A DNA stretch of 64,000 bases, taken from the NCBI GenBank assembly GCA_963665115.1, contig OY762007.1:3872001-3936000 (forward strand), written 5' to 3'. The stretch is from an uncultured Rivularia sp. GTDB lineage: Bacteria > Cyanobacteriota > Cyanobacteriia > Cyanobacteriales > Nostocaceae. A program made the position numbers and the translations under genes. Positions 30,501-39,057 of this stretch are shown piece after piece. The first letter of the stretch is position 1. The number at the start of each line of letters is the position of its first letter. Under the pieces are notes generated by a model. That model was given only the letters and a program-made list of their open reading frames with translations, searched no databases and was not told where the DNA came from.

Positions 30501-33003
30501 CTTGCTGTGAATCTTCTGTTGTTAATTCGGGTAAATCATCCGCTTCAGGAGAAATTGTAAATAAATCTTCTTCGGATGCTTGCTGTGAATCTTCTGTTGT
30601 TAATTCGGGTAAATCATCCGCTTCAGGATAAATTGCAAATAAATCTTCTTCGGATGCTTGCTGTGAATCTTCTGTTGTTAATTCGGGTAAATCATCCGCT
30701 TCAGGAGAAATTGCAAATAAATCTTCTTCTTCGGATGCTTGCTGTGAGTCTTCTGTTGTTAATTCGGGTAAATTATCCGCTTCAGGAGAAATTGCAAATA
30801 AATCTTCTTCTTCGGATACTTGCTGTGAGTCTTCTGTTGTTAATTCGGGTAAATTATCCGCTTCAGGAGAAATTGCAAATAAATCTTCTGACGATCCTTC
30901 TTCCTTAGAATCTTCTAACTCAGTAGAAAACAATTCATCATCATTCGTATTGTCAAAAACGTTTTCATCACCACTCAGCCCTGATTCCAATAAATTATCT
31001 ACAGCATCCCCAGAGAAAACATCATCTAACTGCATCTCTGGTGCTAAATCTGAATTAGTATCTAAATCTTCCAATTCAAGATTTGCAAGTTCGGCTTTAG
31101 AAGAGTTATTTTCAGCAAAAATATCTTCAGAATTCGTAACCTCAATTAAATTTTGCTCTAATGCTTTTGCGACATCTTCATGAGGTATGATTTTCGTTTT
31201 TTCCCAGATATTATCCGAATCTTCTACTGGTGTATCTGAGGAATCATTGAATAAAGCGCTGTCATTATCGTCCGGTTGCGGATCTTCAAATTCTCCAAAT
31301 AAGGTATCTAAGCCGACATCCTCAAAGTTGGGTAAATTTAATTGATCCTGCTGCTCTGCATTTTCTTCTCCCTTATCTTCAGTAGATTCTCCAAACAAAT
31401 GCTCAAAACTACCCGTCTGATTTAAATCTTCAAAACCACCGATATAACTATTAGATTGGTCATTCTCAGAAATAGTTTCACCAAACAGCGAATCTAATTC
31501 AACTTCACCCGAATTCTTATCCTCATCTACACCAAGTTCGAGTAAATCGTTAATATTTTCTTCGTCGCTATCTTCCTCTGAATGATCAAACTTGTTGCTT
31601 GCAGTATCTTTTAAATTTTCTAAATCTGACTCGGAAAAATCTTCGCCAAACAACTGCATTATTGTCATTTCTTCTTTGACAACTGTTTGGTCATTTTCTT
31701 CTTCAAACAAGAGAAAATCTTCAAACTCGCTATCAGTAGTTTTAGATTTTTCGATATTGGCTTCTACATCATTTTTCTCTGGTTTATTCGCTTTTAAATC
31801 AAGAATTTCCTCTTGTTGCCAACTTTGATCGAGTTCGGGAGACTCACCTTCAAATAAATCCGCAAGAGTATTTAACTCAGATATACCAACTTCTGGCCCG
31901 TGAATATCTAAATCGTGAATTACAGTAGCTTCATCGCGGTCAACGTTATCATCAATTTGGTCGGATATTTCAAATAAAGCTGCAATATTATTTTCTGCTT
32001 CAACATTATCGGCTTCATTATTAATATCATCATCTACATCCGTTAAAAACAAAGCTTCAGCAGCAGCAGCTTCTTGATAGTTGACTTCTGGCTCTAAAAG
32101 TAATTCTGTATCAGGCTCTTCGGATTCTTCAAGGTTATCTTCTAAATCGCCTATTTCTAATAACTCAATTTCTGCTACTGGTAATAAACTATTCAATTGC
32201 TCGCTGATAACAATTTCGCTTTCTCTGTTAGCTAAAACCAACTCTAGCGCTTGTTTAATTTCAGTAATAACAATTTTGGCTAAAGTCAAATAAGTATTTT
32301 CTAAGTTGGCGATCGCGCTTGTAGCCGAACGACACAAGTGACTCCAGCAAGGTAAATTGCGGTTATCTCCTAACTCGGCTAAATAGTCAATACATTCCAC
32401 TATACTTTGCCGATTTTCAGGTGTGGCAGGCTGCTTAAATAATTGCAATATCTGCCGCAGCTTATTCAATACTTCTGCTTGCAGTTGACTATTATTTTTA
32501 TCGACTGATGCGGCTTTTTGCATCCTTGCTTGCACTGGTTTCTTACCAGCAGCCAAAGATGTCCCACCCTCACCAGGAGACTTTTTGACCAGCTTATCCA
32601 AATGTTCGTTGAGCCAGCCAAAAACTGGTTCGGCTTCAGCCATCAAAGTTTCTGCGGCTTCTTCCGTCAAACCAAATGGGCCGCTTAAATGCTCTAATAG
32701 CGCTTTGAGAGTATCGGACACCCCAAGAAACAAAGATTCCAGCTTTTGATCAATTTTAACTGGATTGTCTTTAAGAACCTTGAAGCAGTCTTCAAGACGG
32801 TGGGAGGTACGTTGAATGCTACTCAAACCAAGCATCGCCGCTCCTCCCTTAATAGAGTGAGCAGCCCGGAAAACTTCGTTAATTAAATCCGGGTCATTAA
32901 GAGTACTTTGGAGATTTAACAACCCCTGCTCGATAGTATTCAGGTGGTCTGTGGCTTCCTCAATAAAGTATCCTAAAATGCGCTGTTGTTGTTCCGGTAG
33001 CAT
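27556..33003 (-). CDS. hmpE: CheA-like hybrid kinase (HmpE/PilL type): Hpt, acidic linker, HATPase, CheW, REC
   Basis: FRAAHSIKG, NAIAHG, SDDGAGI, GRGVGMDV, GATVLGDG and a C-terminal REC domain. Last gene of the cluster. Confidence 0.92.
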   Translation of the reverse strand: MLPEQQQRILGYFIEEATDHLNTIEQGLLNLQSTLNDPDLINEVFRAAHSIKGGAAMLGLSSIQRTSHRLEDCFKVLKDNPVKIDQKLESLFLGVSDTLKALLEHLSGPFGLTEEAAETLMAEAEPVFGWLNEHLDKLVKKSPGEGGTSLAAGKKPVQARMQKAASVDKNNSQLQAEVLNKLRQILQLFKQPATPENRQSIVECIDYLAELGDNRNLPCWSHLCRSATSAIANLENTYLTLAKIVITEIKQALELVLANRESEIVISEQLNSLLPVAEIELLEIGDLEDNLEESEEPDTELLLEPEVNYQEAAAAEALFLTDVDDDINNEADNVEAENNIAALFEISDQIDDNVDRDEATVIHDLDIHGPEVGISELNTLADLFEGESPELDQSWQQEEILDLKANKPEKNDVEANIEKSKTTDSEFEDFLLFEEENDQTVVKEEMTIMQLFGEDFSESDLENLKDTASNKFDHSEEDSDEENINDLLELGVDEDKNSGEVELDSLFGETISENDQSNSYIGGFEDLNQTGSFEHLFGESTEDKGEENAEQQDQLNLPNFEDVGLDTLFGEFEDPQPDDNDSALFNDSSDTPVEDSDNIWEKTKIIPHEDVAKALEQNLIEVTNSEDIFAENNSSKAELANLELEDLDTNSDLAPEMQLDDVFSGDAVDNLLESGLSGDENVFDNTNDDELFSTELEDSKEEGSSEDLFAISPEADNLPELTTEDSQQVSEEEDLFAISPEADNLPELTTEDSQQASEEEDLFAISPEADDLPELTTEDSQQASEEDLFAIYPEADDLPELTTEDSQQASEEDLFTISPEADDLPELTTEDSQQASEEDLFAIYPEADDLPELTTEDSQQASEEDLFAIYPEADDLPELTTEDSQQASEEDLFAIYPEADDLPELTTEDSQQASEEDLFAIYPEADDLPELTTEDSQQVSEEEDLFAIYPEADNLPELTTEDSELEISDNPFAEESLDIDSTDSSQPLEFDSEAEQESANISNLQEDLEDITSNFQAQLVDDLFAQDIPLDEEISLQATSKEKEITFLPFVYQAKEQVSEENIAAAENEFQQESEDILDDFSQLESLLGEQLPAQVDDEFAALEDLLISDSPQEAASDAPATENAEAEPSIGDEFGDLEKLLEQANTSIPRKNTSKATSPKTTRSAKGEQLMRVPVKHLDNLSNLVGELVVNRNTLEQDQERMRQSLDNLLHQVQNLSDVGARMQELYERSLLEASLLASRKDSGFHFSSSSSSSNSISDMGFSELEMDRFTPFHTLSQEMIELIVRVRESASDIDFVVEDNERVARQFRQVTSQLQEGITRSRMEAFSQVTTRLERGVRDNSIKCGKQVQLFIEGQDTLIDKMILQHLTDPLTHILNNAIAHGIETPEERESRSKPPQGTIKIRAFHQGNQTIISVSDDGAGIDAQKVKNKAVKVGLITQEEANIMSRMEVYELLFHSGFSTKDQADQLAGRGVGMDVVQTSISEIRGTITTDSALGKGTTFTIRLPLTLSICKALSCVSDKARIAFAMDGVEDTLDMPLKEIQEDKNGQKYIFWRDTKLPFRPLSELLTFNRLLSRGNVYAGNRDDDMVSVIIVRSANTMIALQIDQVLSEQEIVIKQFEGPAPKPIGVAGATVLGDGRIMPIVDVLELIDIFEGRTSRQSSVSLWDQKDTLTPAEPAEAKIDPTVLIVDDSITVRELLSLTFSKAGYRVEQARDGQEAWDKLRSGLPCDIVFCDIEMPRCDGLELLSRIQKNPDLNDLPIAMLTSRGADKHRQMAIQLGASGYFTKPYLEEALLEAAVRMLKGEKLVASAGA
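30116..30889 (-). repeat. In-frame tandem repeat, 10 copies of 78/81 bp, inside cheA
   Basis: AATTCGGGTA recurs at 30131, 30212, 30290, 30368, 30446, 30524, 30602, 30680, 30761 and 30842. Unit is EDLFAI(S/Y)PEAD(D/N)LPELTTEDSQQ(A/V)SE(E). Confidence 0.97.
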
Positions 33004-33116
33004 AATCGTCCGTCTTTGTAAGTTGTGAGTTATGAGTTGTGAGTTATGAGTTGTGAGTTATGAGTTATGAACTGTAATTTTTATTTTTCACTCATCACCC
33101 CTCACTGCTAACTTTT

Positions 33117-36110
33117 TTATCTTGATTCGGCAGTTTCGACTCGGAAACGTTCCACTGAGGAAATCAAGTCGCGGGATACACCAACTAAGTGCTGCAAGGC
33201 TCCAGATACTCGTTGCGCTTCTTGGGAAGTTTCTTGTGCGGTTAATTCTACCGATTGCATTACCTGAGCAACAGCACGGGATGTTTCCGTTTGTTCCACA
33301 GTATCTGTAGTAATCGAACGTACAAGTATATCGATCCGATTCGCAACTTGAATAATGTTTTCCAAGGAACGTTTTGCTTCTTCAGCTAACTTCGTACCTT
33401 TGATCACCTGTTGCGTACCTTCTTCCATTGCAGTCATTACAGAGCCAGTTTCGCTCTGAATTTGCATTACAATTTGTTCGATTTCTTTCAAAGACTTGGC
33501 AGACTTATCGGCAAGCTGACGTACTTCGTCGGCGACAATAGCAAATCCCCGCCCCGATTCTCCCGCACGTGCAGCTTCAATGCTGGCATTAAGGGCTAAT
33601 AAGTTGGTTCGCGAAGCAATCTGAGAAATTAATGCCACAATTTTGGAAATTTCCTGGGAAGATTCCGCCAATCGCTTTACTTTTCGAGTTGTTTCAGCAA
33701 CAGTTTCTCTAATTTCTAGAATACCTGCCACAGTATTTTCCACCGCTTCGCCACCTTTGAGAGCAATTTCGCTGGCATCGCGGGCTACTGCTTCGGCTTC
33801 TCTGGCTGCTTCGGCTACCCTTTGAATCGAATCAGTCATCACCTGTACGGAATTCAGCGTTACCGCTAATTCTTCTGCTTGTCGCAAAGCATCGCTAGAT
33901 AGAGCCCGAGCAAAAGTTTCAGAATTTGTCGCTCCTTTGGTAACTTCTCTTGCAGCTACCTTAACCTGCTGAACGATATCCCGGAGGTTTTGAATCGTTA
34001 AGTTGAAAGCATCGGCTACGGCTCCAAGTACGTCTGCCGTTACCTCAGCCTGCACCGTCAAGTCTCCTCTAGCTGCTCCTTCCACATCATCAAGCAAACG
34101 AATTACCTGACGCTGTAAATTCTCTTTGGCTTCTTCCTGCTCAGCCGCTTTGCGTGTAGCTTCATGGGTTGTAGTAAAAATTACCCGCGCCATTTCATTA
34201 AAGCCAGCAGCTAATTGTCCGAATTCATCTTCAGAATAAACTGTGGCTTGAGCGCTCAAATTACCCTTACGCACGGAATTAAACTGTGTTTCCAAATCCT
34301 TTGTAGTGCGGCGAACTTGCCCCAGAGTAAGATGCCCCATTGCTCCGGTAGTCACAAAACCGGCTGCTCCTGCGGCTAACGCCATCATCCAACCAGTGTT
34401 GCGTATGGATTCCCGTTGATTTTCCGGAGATACACTTGTTGCTCCAAAACTGACTCCTGCTACTACTACAGAAGAGACAACACCTACTATCCCAGCGGTT
34501 AACCATTGCTTAGTTTTTAACGGAGCATTTTCTAAAGCAGCAAAAACTCCTTGCTCTACATTTACTTGCGCTTCAACTTTGCTGTCGTCATTCTGAGTAA
34601 AAACTGGAACCGCTTCTTGGGAATTTGTAATACTAAAGAGTTCTGCATCCCTTTCTCTTGCGGGAGCATCATCTATACTCTCTCCAAATTCATCATCAGA
34701 AATACCAGTACTAATTTCACTAGGCTGGGAACTTTCTATGTGTTCGCCGCTCAAAGCACCGTTAGTTTGTAGCGAGCCAGAATTGGGCATCACTTCGGAA
34801 AATGCTGGACTTCCATTCGATAAATCAAACGCCGAAATATTTCCTAAATCATCAAATTCATCGAAGTCATCTAAATACTCGATGTTATTGCTGTTGCTGC
34901 TATTAACATCTTTAATAATACTCTTGGTATCTTCATTGTTATTAGAAAAATCTTCAGCACCGAAAACCTCTTCAAATGCATCCAAGTCAAAACTGTCATC
35001 GCTTGGCTTGTTTTGCCCAGATACCGCAGATTCTTCGGATAATTGTGAAGACTCTACAAAATCTGAAGATTCTGAAGATTCTAATTGAGAAAAATCTTCT
35101 TTAATCGAAGACGCTTCAGGAAAACTCTCGCTCGTATTTTCTAAACCCCTAGCTTCAGATGAAAAACTTTTTGCAACGCTCTCATCTACTGAAAAATCAT
35201 CGCTAAAAAAGTTGCTTGGCAAACTAAAGCTTTCACTATCATCGAGGGCATTATCCTCGAAGAATAAATCTTCCTCTTGCAAACTGCTGCTAGGTGGAAG
35301 TTCAGTTTGTGCAAATTGATTTGGCTTAGGATTATCCTCAGCTTCCCCGTTTGCAAAAGGAGAGTATTCTTCACCAGAAGATAAATTCGATGCTTGTGTC
35401 GGCTGTTTGGAATGAGTGTCCGAAATATCCTCTTGCCAGAAAGAAGGTAGCTCAAGTTCGGGTTTCGAGACTCCTTCATCGTTTTGATGAATATCTACTT
35501 CTGAACCAACATTTTGATCAAAAGGATTATCTAAACTGAGATCCTCTTCTTCAAAATTCGGTATAGCATCAAATATCTGACTATCAGAACCTATATCAAA
35601 TGGACTTTTTGAAGATGATTCCTTTAACAATTCCGTAGGTTCTTCATTTTCCGAATTATTTTCAGAAGAAGAATCAGAAGAAAAAGCAAAGTTGCTGCTA
35701 TCGGAATTACCGTTACCACTCGAATCAAATAAATTTTCAATAGGGGCTACTTCCTCAGAAGCAGAATCCGATAAATTTATATCACCTGTATCATTGCTTC
35801 CATCATCAACTTCAAAACTTTGAGCATCTGGTTCAACTTGATAATGACTGATATTTTCTAAACCGTTGCGAGCAAAATCAACAAGTTCTTGGTCGCTAGT
35901 TAAATTTAATACTGTTTGATAGGCTTCTTTAGCTATATCAAAATTTTGTAATACATAATACACATGACCCTTTAGTAAAAGAGCGTTTGGGTCTTGTGTC
36001 AAATGCTGCACTACCTGGTCAATAAGTTTAGCAGCCTCTTCATATTTTTGATTAACGTAGGCTTTGTAAGCCTGCTGATACATCTGTCCGTAGTCTATGC
36101 TAGGTGCCAT
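33117..36110 (-). CDS. hmpD: Methyl-accepting chemotaxis protein with N-terminal TPR (HmpD/PilJ type)
   Basis: TPR, acidic linker, two TM helices, HAMP, and RTNLLALNASIEAARAGE.GRGFAIVADEVR. Confidence 0.93.
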   Translation of the reverse strand: MAPSIDYGQMYQQAYKAYVNQKYEEAAKLIDQVVQHLTQDPNALLLKGHVYYVLQNFDIAKEAYQTVLNLTSDQELVDFARNGLENISHYQVEPDAQSFEVDDGSNDTGDINLSDSASEEVAPIENLFDSSGNGNSDSSNFAFSSDSSSENNSENEEPTELLKESSSKSPFDIGSDSQIFDAIPNFEEEDLSLDNPFDQNVGSEVDIHQNDEGVSKPELELPSFWQEDISDTHSKQPTQASNLSSGEEYSPFANGEAEDNPKPNQFAQTELPPSSSLQEEDLFFEDNALDDSESFSLPSNFFSDDFSVDESVAKSFSSEARGLENTSESFPEASSIKEDFSQLESSESSDFVESSQLSEESAVSGQNKPSDDSFDLDAFEEVFGAEDFSNNNEDTKSIIKDVNSSNSNNIEYLDDFDEFDDLGNISAFDLSNGSPAFSEVMPNSGSLQTNGALSGEHIESSQPSEISTGISDDEFGESIDDAPARERDAELFSITNSQEAVPVFTQNDDSKVEAQVNVEQGVFAALENAPLKTKQWLTAGIVGVVSSVVVAGVSFGATSVSPENQRESIRNTGWMMALAAGAAGFVTTGAMGHLTLGQVRRTTKDLETQFNSVRKGNLSAQATVYSEDEFGQLAAGFNEMARVIFTTTHEATRKAAEQEEAKENLQRQVIRLLDDVEGAARGDLTVQAEVTADVLGAVADAFNLTIQNLRDIVQQVKVAAREVTKGATNSETFARALSSDALRQAEELAVTLNSVQVMTDSIQRVAEAAREAEAVARDASEIALKGGEAVENTVAGILEIRETVAETTRKVKRLAESSQEISKIVALISQIASRTNLLALNASIEAARAGESGRGFAIVADEVRQLADKSAKSLKEIEQIVMQIQSETGSVMTAMEEGTQQVIKGTKLAEEAKRSLENIIQVANRIDILVRSITTDTVEQTETSRAVAQVMQSVELTAQETSQEAQRVSGALQHLVGVSRDLISSVERFRVETAESR

Positions 36111-36127
36111 TTATTGCCTCCCTTCGG

Positions 36128-36658
36128 TTATCCAGCCCACCGGGCACTCCGTAAAATTGCCATCTGGTCGAGTAGTCGCAAACACCGCTCTAATTCGGCA
36201 TCTTTTGACCACTCTCCCCTTAAGAAAGGAGCCATAGTATCCGGCACGTTGGTAGGTGCGCTTAAATGCTGTACATCAAGCCAATCCATACCCCCGATTT
36301 CTTCAACTGCCAAGCCCACTATTGTGTCTTGTTCTTCAATTGCAATCACTGAAATTTCTGCTCTATCGGTATTTAATGGAGTTATTTCTCCAAGAAACTG
36401 ACCCAAGTCGGCGACCCAAATTACTCGTCCTCGTAGATTTAGGGTACCCAAAAGTAAGGGAGAAGCATTCGGAATCGGGGTAATTCGATCGGGACTTAAC
36501 TCAATTACCTCCTTGATGCCAGTTGCCGGTAGTGCAAACTCCTGATGCGAGGGGATGAAAAACCTTAAATGTAACTCACCGTCCTTACTTTCTACTTCCA
36601 ATTCAGGACGGAACTGATCTTCTCCGCCACTTCCTAAAAAGTCCGGTTTGCTATGCAT
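36128..36658 (-). CDS. hmpC: CheW-like adaptor (HmpC/PilI)
   Basis: ITPIPNASPLLLGTLNLRGRVIWVADL. Confidence 0.92.
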   Translation of the reverse strand: MHSKPDFLGSGGEDQFRPELEVESKDGELHLRFFIPSHQEFALPATGIKEVIELSPDRITPIPNASPLLLGTLNLRGRVIWVADLGQFLGEITPLNTDRAEISVIAIEEQDTIVGLAVEEIGGMDWLDVQHLSAPTNVPDTMAPFLRGEWSKDAELERCLRLLDQMAILRSARWAG

Positions 36659-36671
36659 ATCTAAATCATCC

Positions 36672-37038
36672 TTATCCTCGCAGCAGTTGTTTGACTGTCC
36701 CGACTAACTCAGTCGGCTGAAAAGGTTTGGCGATATAAGCATCAGCCCCTTGCTTCATTCCCCAGTAGCGGTCAAATTCTTCTCCTTTAGAAGAACACAT
36801 TACTACCGGCACATTTTGAGTTTTTGGGTCGGACTTGAGCCTCCTGCAAACTTCATAACCATTCATTCGGGGCATGACGATATCTAAGACGACTAAATCG
36901 GGACAAATACTTTGAATTGTCTGTAGTGCCTCCAGTCCATCCGAAGCATGAGTGACTGACAAGCCACTTGCTTTTAGGAGGGTCTGTAATCATTTCCCTC
37001 TGCGCGATCGAATCTTCCACAATCAGAACTGTACTCAT
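36672..37038 (-). CDS. hmpB: CheY-like response regulator (HmpB/PilH), +1 frameshift at 36980-36982
   Basis: ATG 37038 gives MSTVLIVEDSIAQREMITD. Deleting one C gives LLKASGLSV..., a 121-aa REC protein with LDIVMP and AKPF. Confidence 0.9.
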
Positions 37039-37199
37039 ATATGTCTCATTACCTCCCGATGTAGATGTCCCTTGAAGGAACATTCCCTTGTCTCCCCGAA
37101 TAATGTCGTATAAAAAAACTATTTATTCACAGAATTACTAAGTATTTTGATATTTGTTTAAATCCCAGTTCGTGATAATATTTTTTACCCTATATTTGC

Positions 37200-38393
37200 T
37201 TAAATCAACAAGTACCGCATTTCATTTATTGGCGATCGCCCCGACTGTTTATTGAGATATTTTTGAATTAACAACAGCAATTCAGTTGAGTCGAAAGGCT
37301 TTGTTAAGTAATCCGTAGCTCCGACCATATTCGCCTTAGCTCTATCGATATAACTATTTTTAGCACTAAGCATAATAATCGGCACGAGCCGGAATGCGCT
37401 GGTGTGTCGCAACATTGCACAAAGTTGGTAGCCATCCAAATCGGGCATTACAATATCGCATAAAATTAAATGCGGTTGGAGTTGAAAAACTCGGTTGAGT
37501 GCCTCCAAAGGATTAGTAAAGGCGATTGCATTATAGCCTTGCGGTTGCAAAATAGACTGCACCGTCTCGCAAATAGCTATTGCATCATCAATACATACTA
37601 TGGCTTTTACCGATTTATTTTCTTGGGAATGCTCCAAGCTCGAATGGTTATGTGTCAAAGCGTACTTGTTTTCAATTGATACTATATGTATCAAACCCTG
37701 CTGTACGTAAGGATATATAGCTTTCGCCAGTGTCAAAACATCTCGATTAAGAAAACGAGCAAGCTGACGCAGGGAAGTTTTACCATCTGCCCAATGCTGT
37801 AATTTTTCCACCGTGGAAGAAGCCAAGGAAGAACGCAGACGCTGAACATCGGTCAATACAGGACATTGATCCGGAGACTGAATATAGGGATATAGCAGTT
37901 TCCACTCTTGCACCTGTTTGAAAACTTTGTTGACTAGAGGAGCAATTTCTAAAGTAGTCAGTTGCGGAGTTAATGGTTTGTCCAACTCAAAAATAAAATT
38001 GCCTTCACGTAAACTCAATAAATCGAAAAGAGTTTCATGCACCAAGCCTTGGATGATACTACGAGCCTGAATCGGATTAATAATATCTTGCTCCAACAGT
38101 CTCCATAAATAACTATACTCCGGAGCAGAAAGCGATTTATCGGAATCTATGGTTGGGAGTGTTTCCTCTCCTTGCAGATTAATTCGGTAATATCGCAAAT
38201 AATCGCGAAGACGAAATACACTGCTATTGGCTTCTTGAGAGTAAACTATTTGACCGTTGAGAAAAAAGATAAACCAAGTCCGAGGTAGTGATTCCTCAGT
38301 ATAAGCTTCAACAAACAGTAACCCCGTTCGCTGTCCTAACTCAATCAATTGCAGGATGCTGCATATATCAATCTCACTTAAATTTCCCCGCAT
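37200..38393 (-). CDS. hmpA: PatA-family response regulator (PATAN/DUF4388 plus REC; HmpA/PilG)
   Basis: MRGNLSEIDI.SILQLIELGQRTG N-terminus and a C-terminal REC domain. First gene of the cluster. Confidence 0.88.
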   Translation of the reverse strand: MRGNLSEIDICSILQLIELGQRTGLLFVEAYTEESLPRTWFIFFLNGQIVYSQEANSSVFRLRDYLRYYRINLQGEETLPTIDSDKSLSAPEYSYLWRLLEQDIINPIQARSIIQGLVHETLFDLLSLREGNFIFELDKPLTPQLTTLEIAPLVNKVFKQVQEWKLLYPYIQSPDQCPVLTDVQRLRSSLASSTVEKLQHWADGKTSLRQLARFLNRDVLTLAKAIYPYVQQGLIHIVSIENKYALTHNHSSLEHSQENKSVKAIVCIDDAIAICETVQSILQPQGYNAIAFTNPLEALNRVFQLQPHLILCDIVMPDLDGYQLCAMLRHTSAFRLVPIIMLSAKNSYIDRAKANMVGATDYLTKPFDSTELLLLIQKYLNKQSGRSPINEMRYLLI

Positions 38394-38559
38394 TTAGCAA
38401 TTCGGCACTCCTTGTTATCCAGTTTACATTCTTTGTTCATTGTGCCCAAGTTTTTCAACAGTTAACACTCCCTCATGAAATTATTAATTCAAAATAAAGA
38501 TAAATGCAGTCGGGATAAGGCTTTTACTGATTTATTATTTTTTTATTTCTCACTAGGAA

Positions 38560-38828
38560 GTAGCCAATAGCCAATAGCCAATAGCCAATAGCCAATAGCG
38601 AACGGTAATAAAACTCAGCAGTAAATATACAAAAAATTCTGCTTGACTCCCCACTCACTACTCCCCACTCCCCACTCCCCACTCCTTACTCCTTACTCCC
38701 TACTTACTACTCACTACTTGCTACTCCCTACTCCCCACTCACTACTTACTACTCCCCACTCCCCACTCCTTACTCCCTACTTACTACTCACTACTTGCTA
38801 CTCCCCACTCCCCACTCCCTACTCCCAA
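38560..38828. repeat. STRR heptamer arrays (TAGCCAA)n and (CTCCCCA/CTCCCTA/CTACTCA)n
   Basis: Directly visible 7-nt periodicity between the divergent hmpA and hmpF genes. Confidence 0.9.
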
Positions 38829-39057
38829 GATTCCTGAAGTGTTGGTAATAATACGGTAGCCATCCCCAGCTTCACAAGTACAAAATGTAGAGACGCGATG
38901 GAAGCCTATTATAAAAAATCTCTATGCGATTATTCAGGGCGCATGGGACATTTTTAATTGCTTGATTTTTCTAATCAAAGTTAAATGAAGCAAATTAATG
39001 TCTTAATCTATCGTATAAATTAACACTTATTCAAGTACATCAATAAGGATTTGCGGT

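Noticed and set aside
30116..30889. Possible CRISPR array
   Set aside because: Units are contiguous and near-identical with no unique spacers, stay in frame within cheA, and no cas genes are nearby.
30162..30908. Plus-strand Leu-rich repeat ORFs (132 and 110 aa)
   Set aside because: Antisense shadows of the cheA tandem repeat.
11171..36982. Programmed ribosomal frameshifting or phase variation at the four +1 sites
   Set aside because: Runs are only 3-4 nt, there is no shared slippery heptamer or stimulator, and the genes are unrelated. Sequencing error is more parsimonious.
37079..37087. GGGAATGTT (minus strand) as a SigJ box upstream of hmpB
   Set aside because: Two mismatches to the consensus, so it cannot be told from chance without TSS data.
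38643..38837. 64-aa Pro/Thr/Leu-rich ORF
   Set aside because: Translation of a heptamer STRR array.
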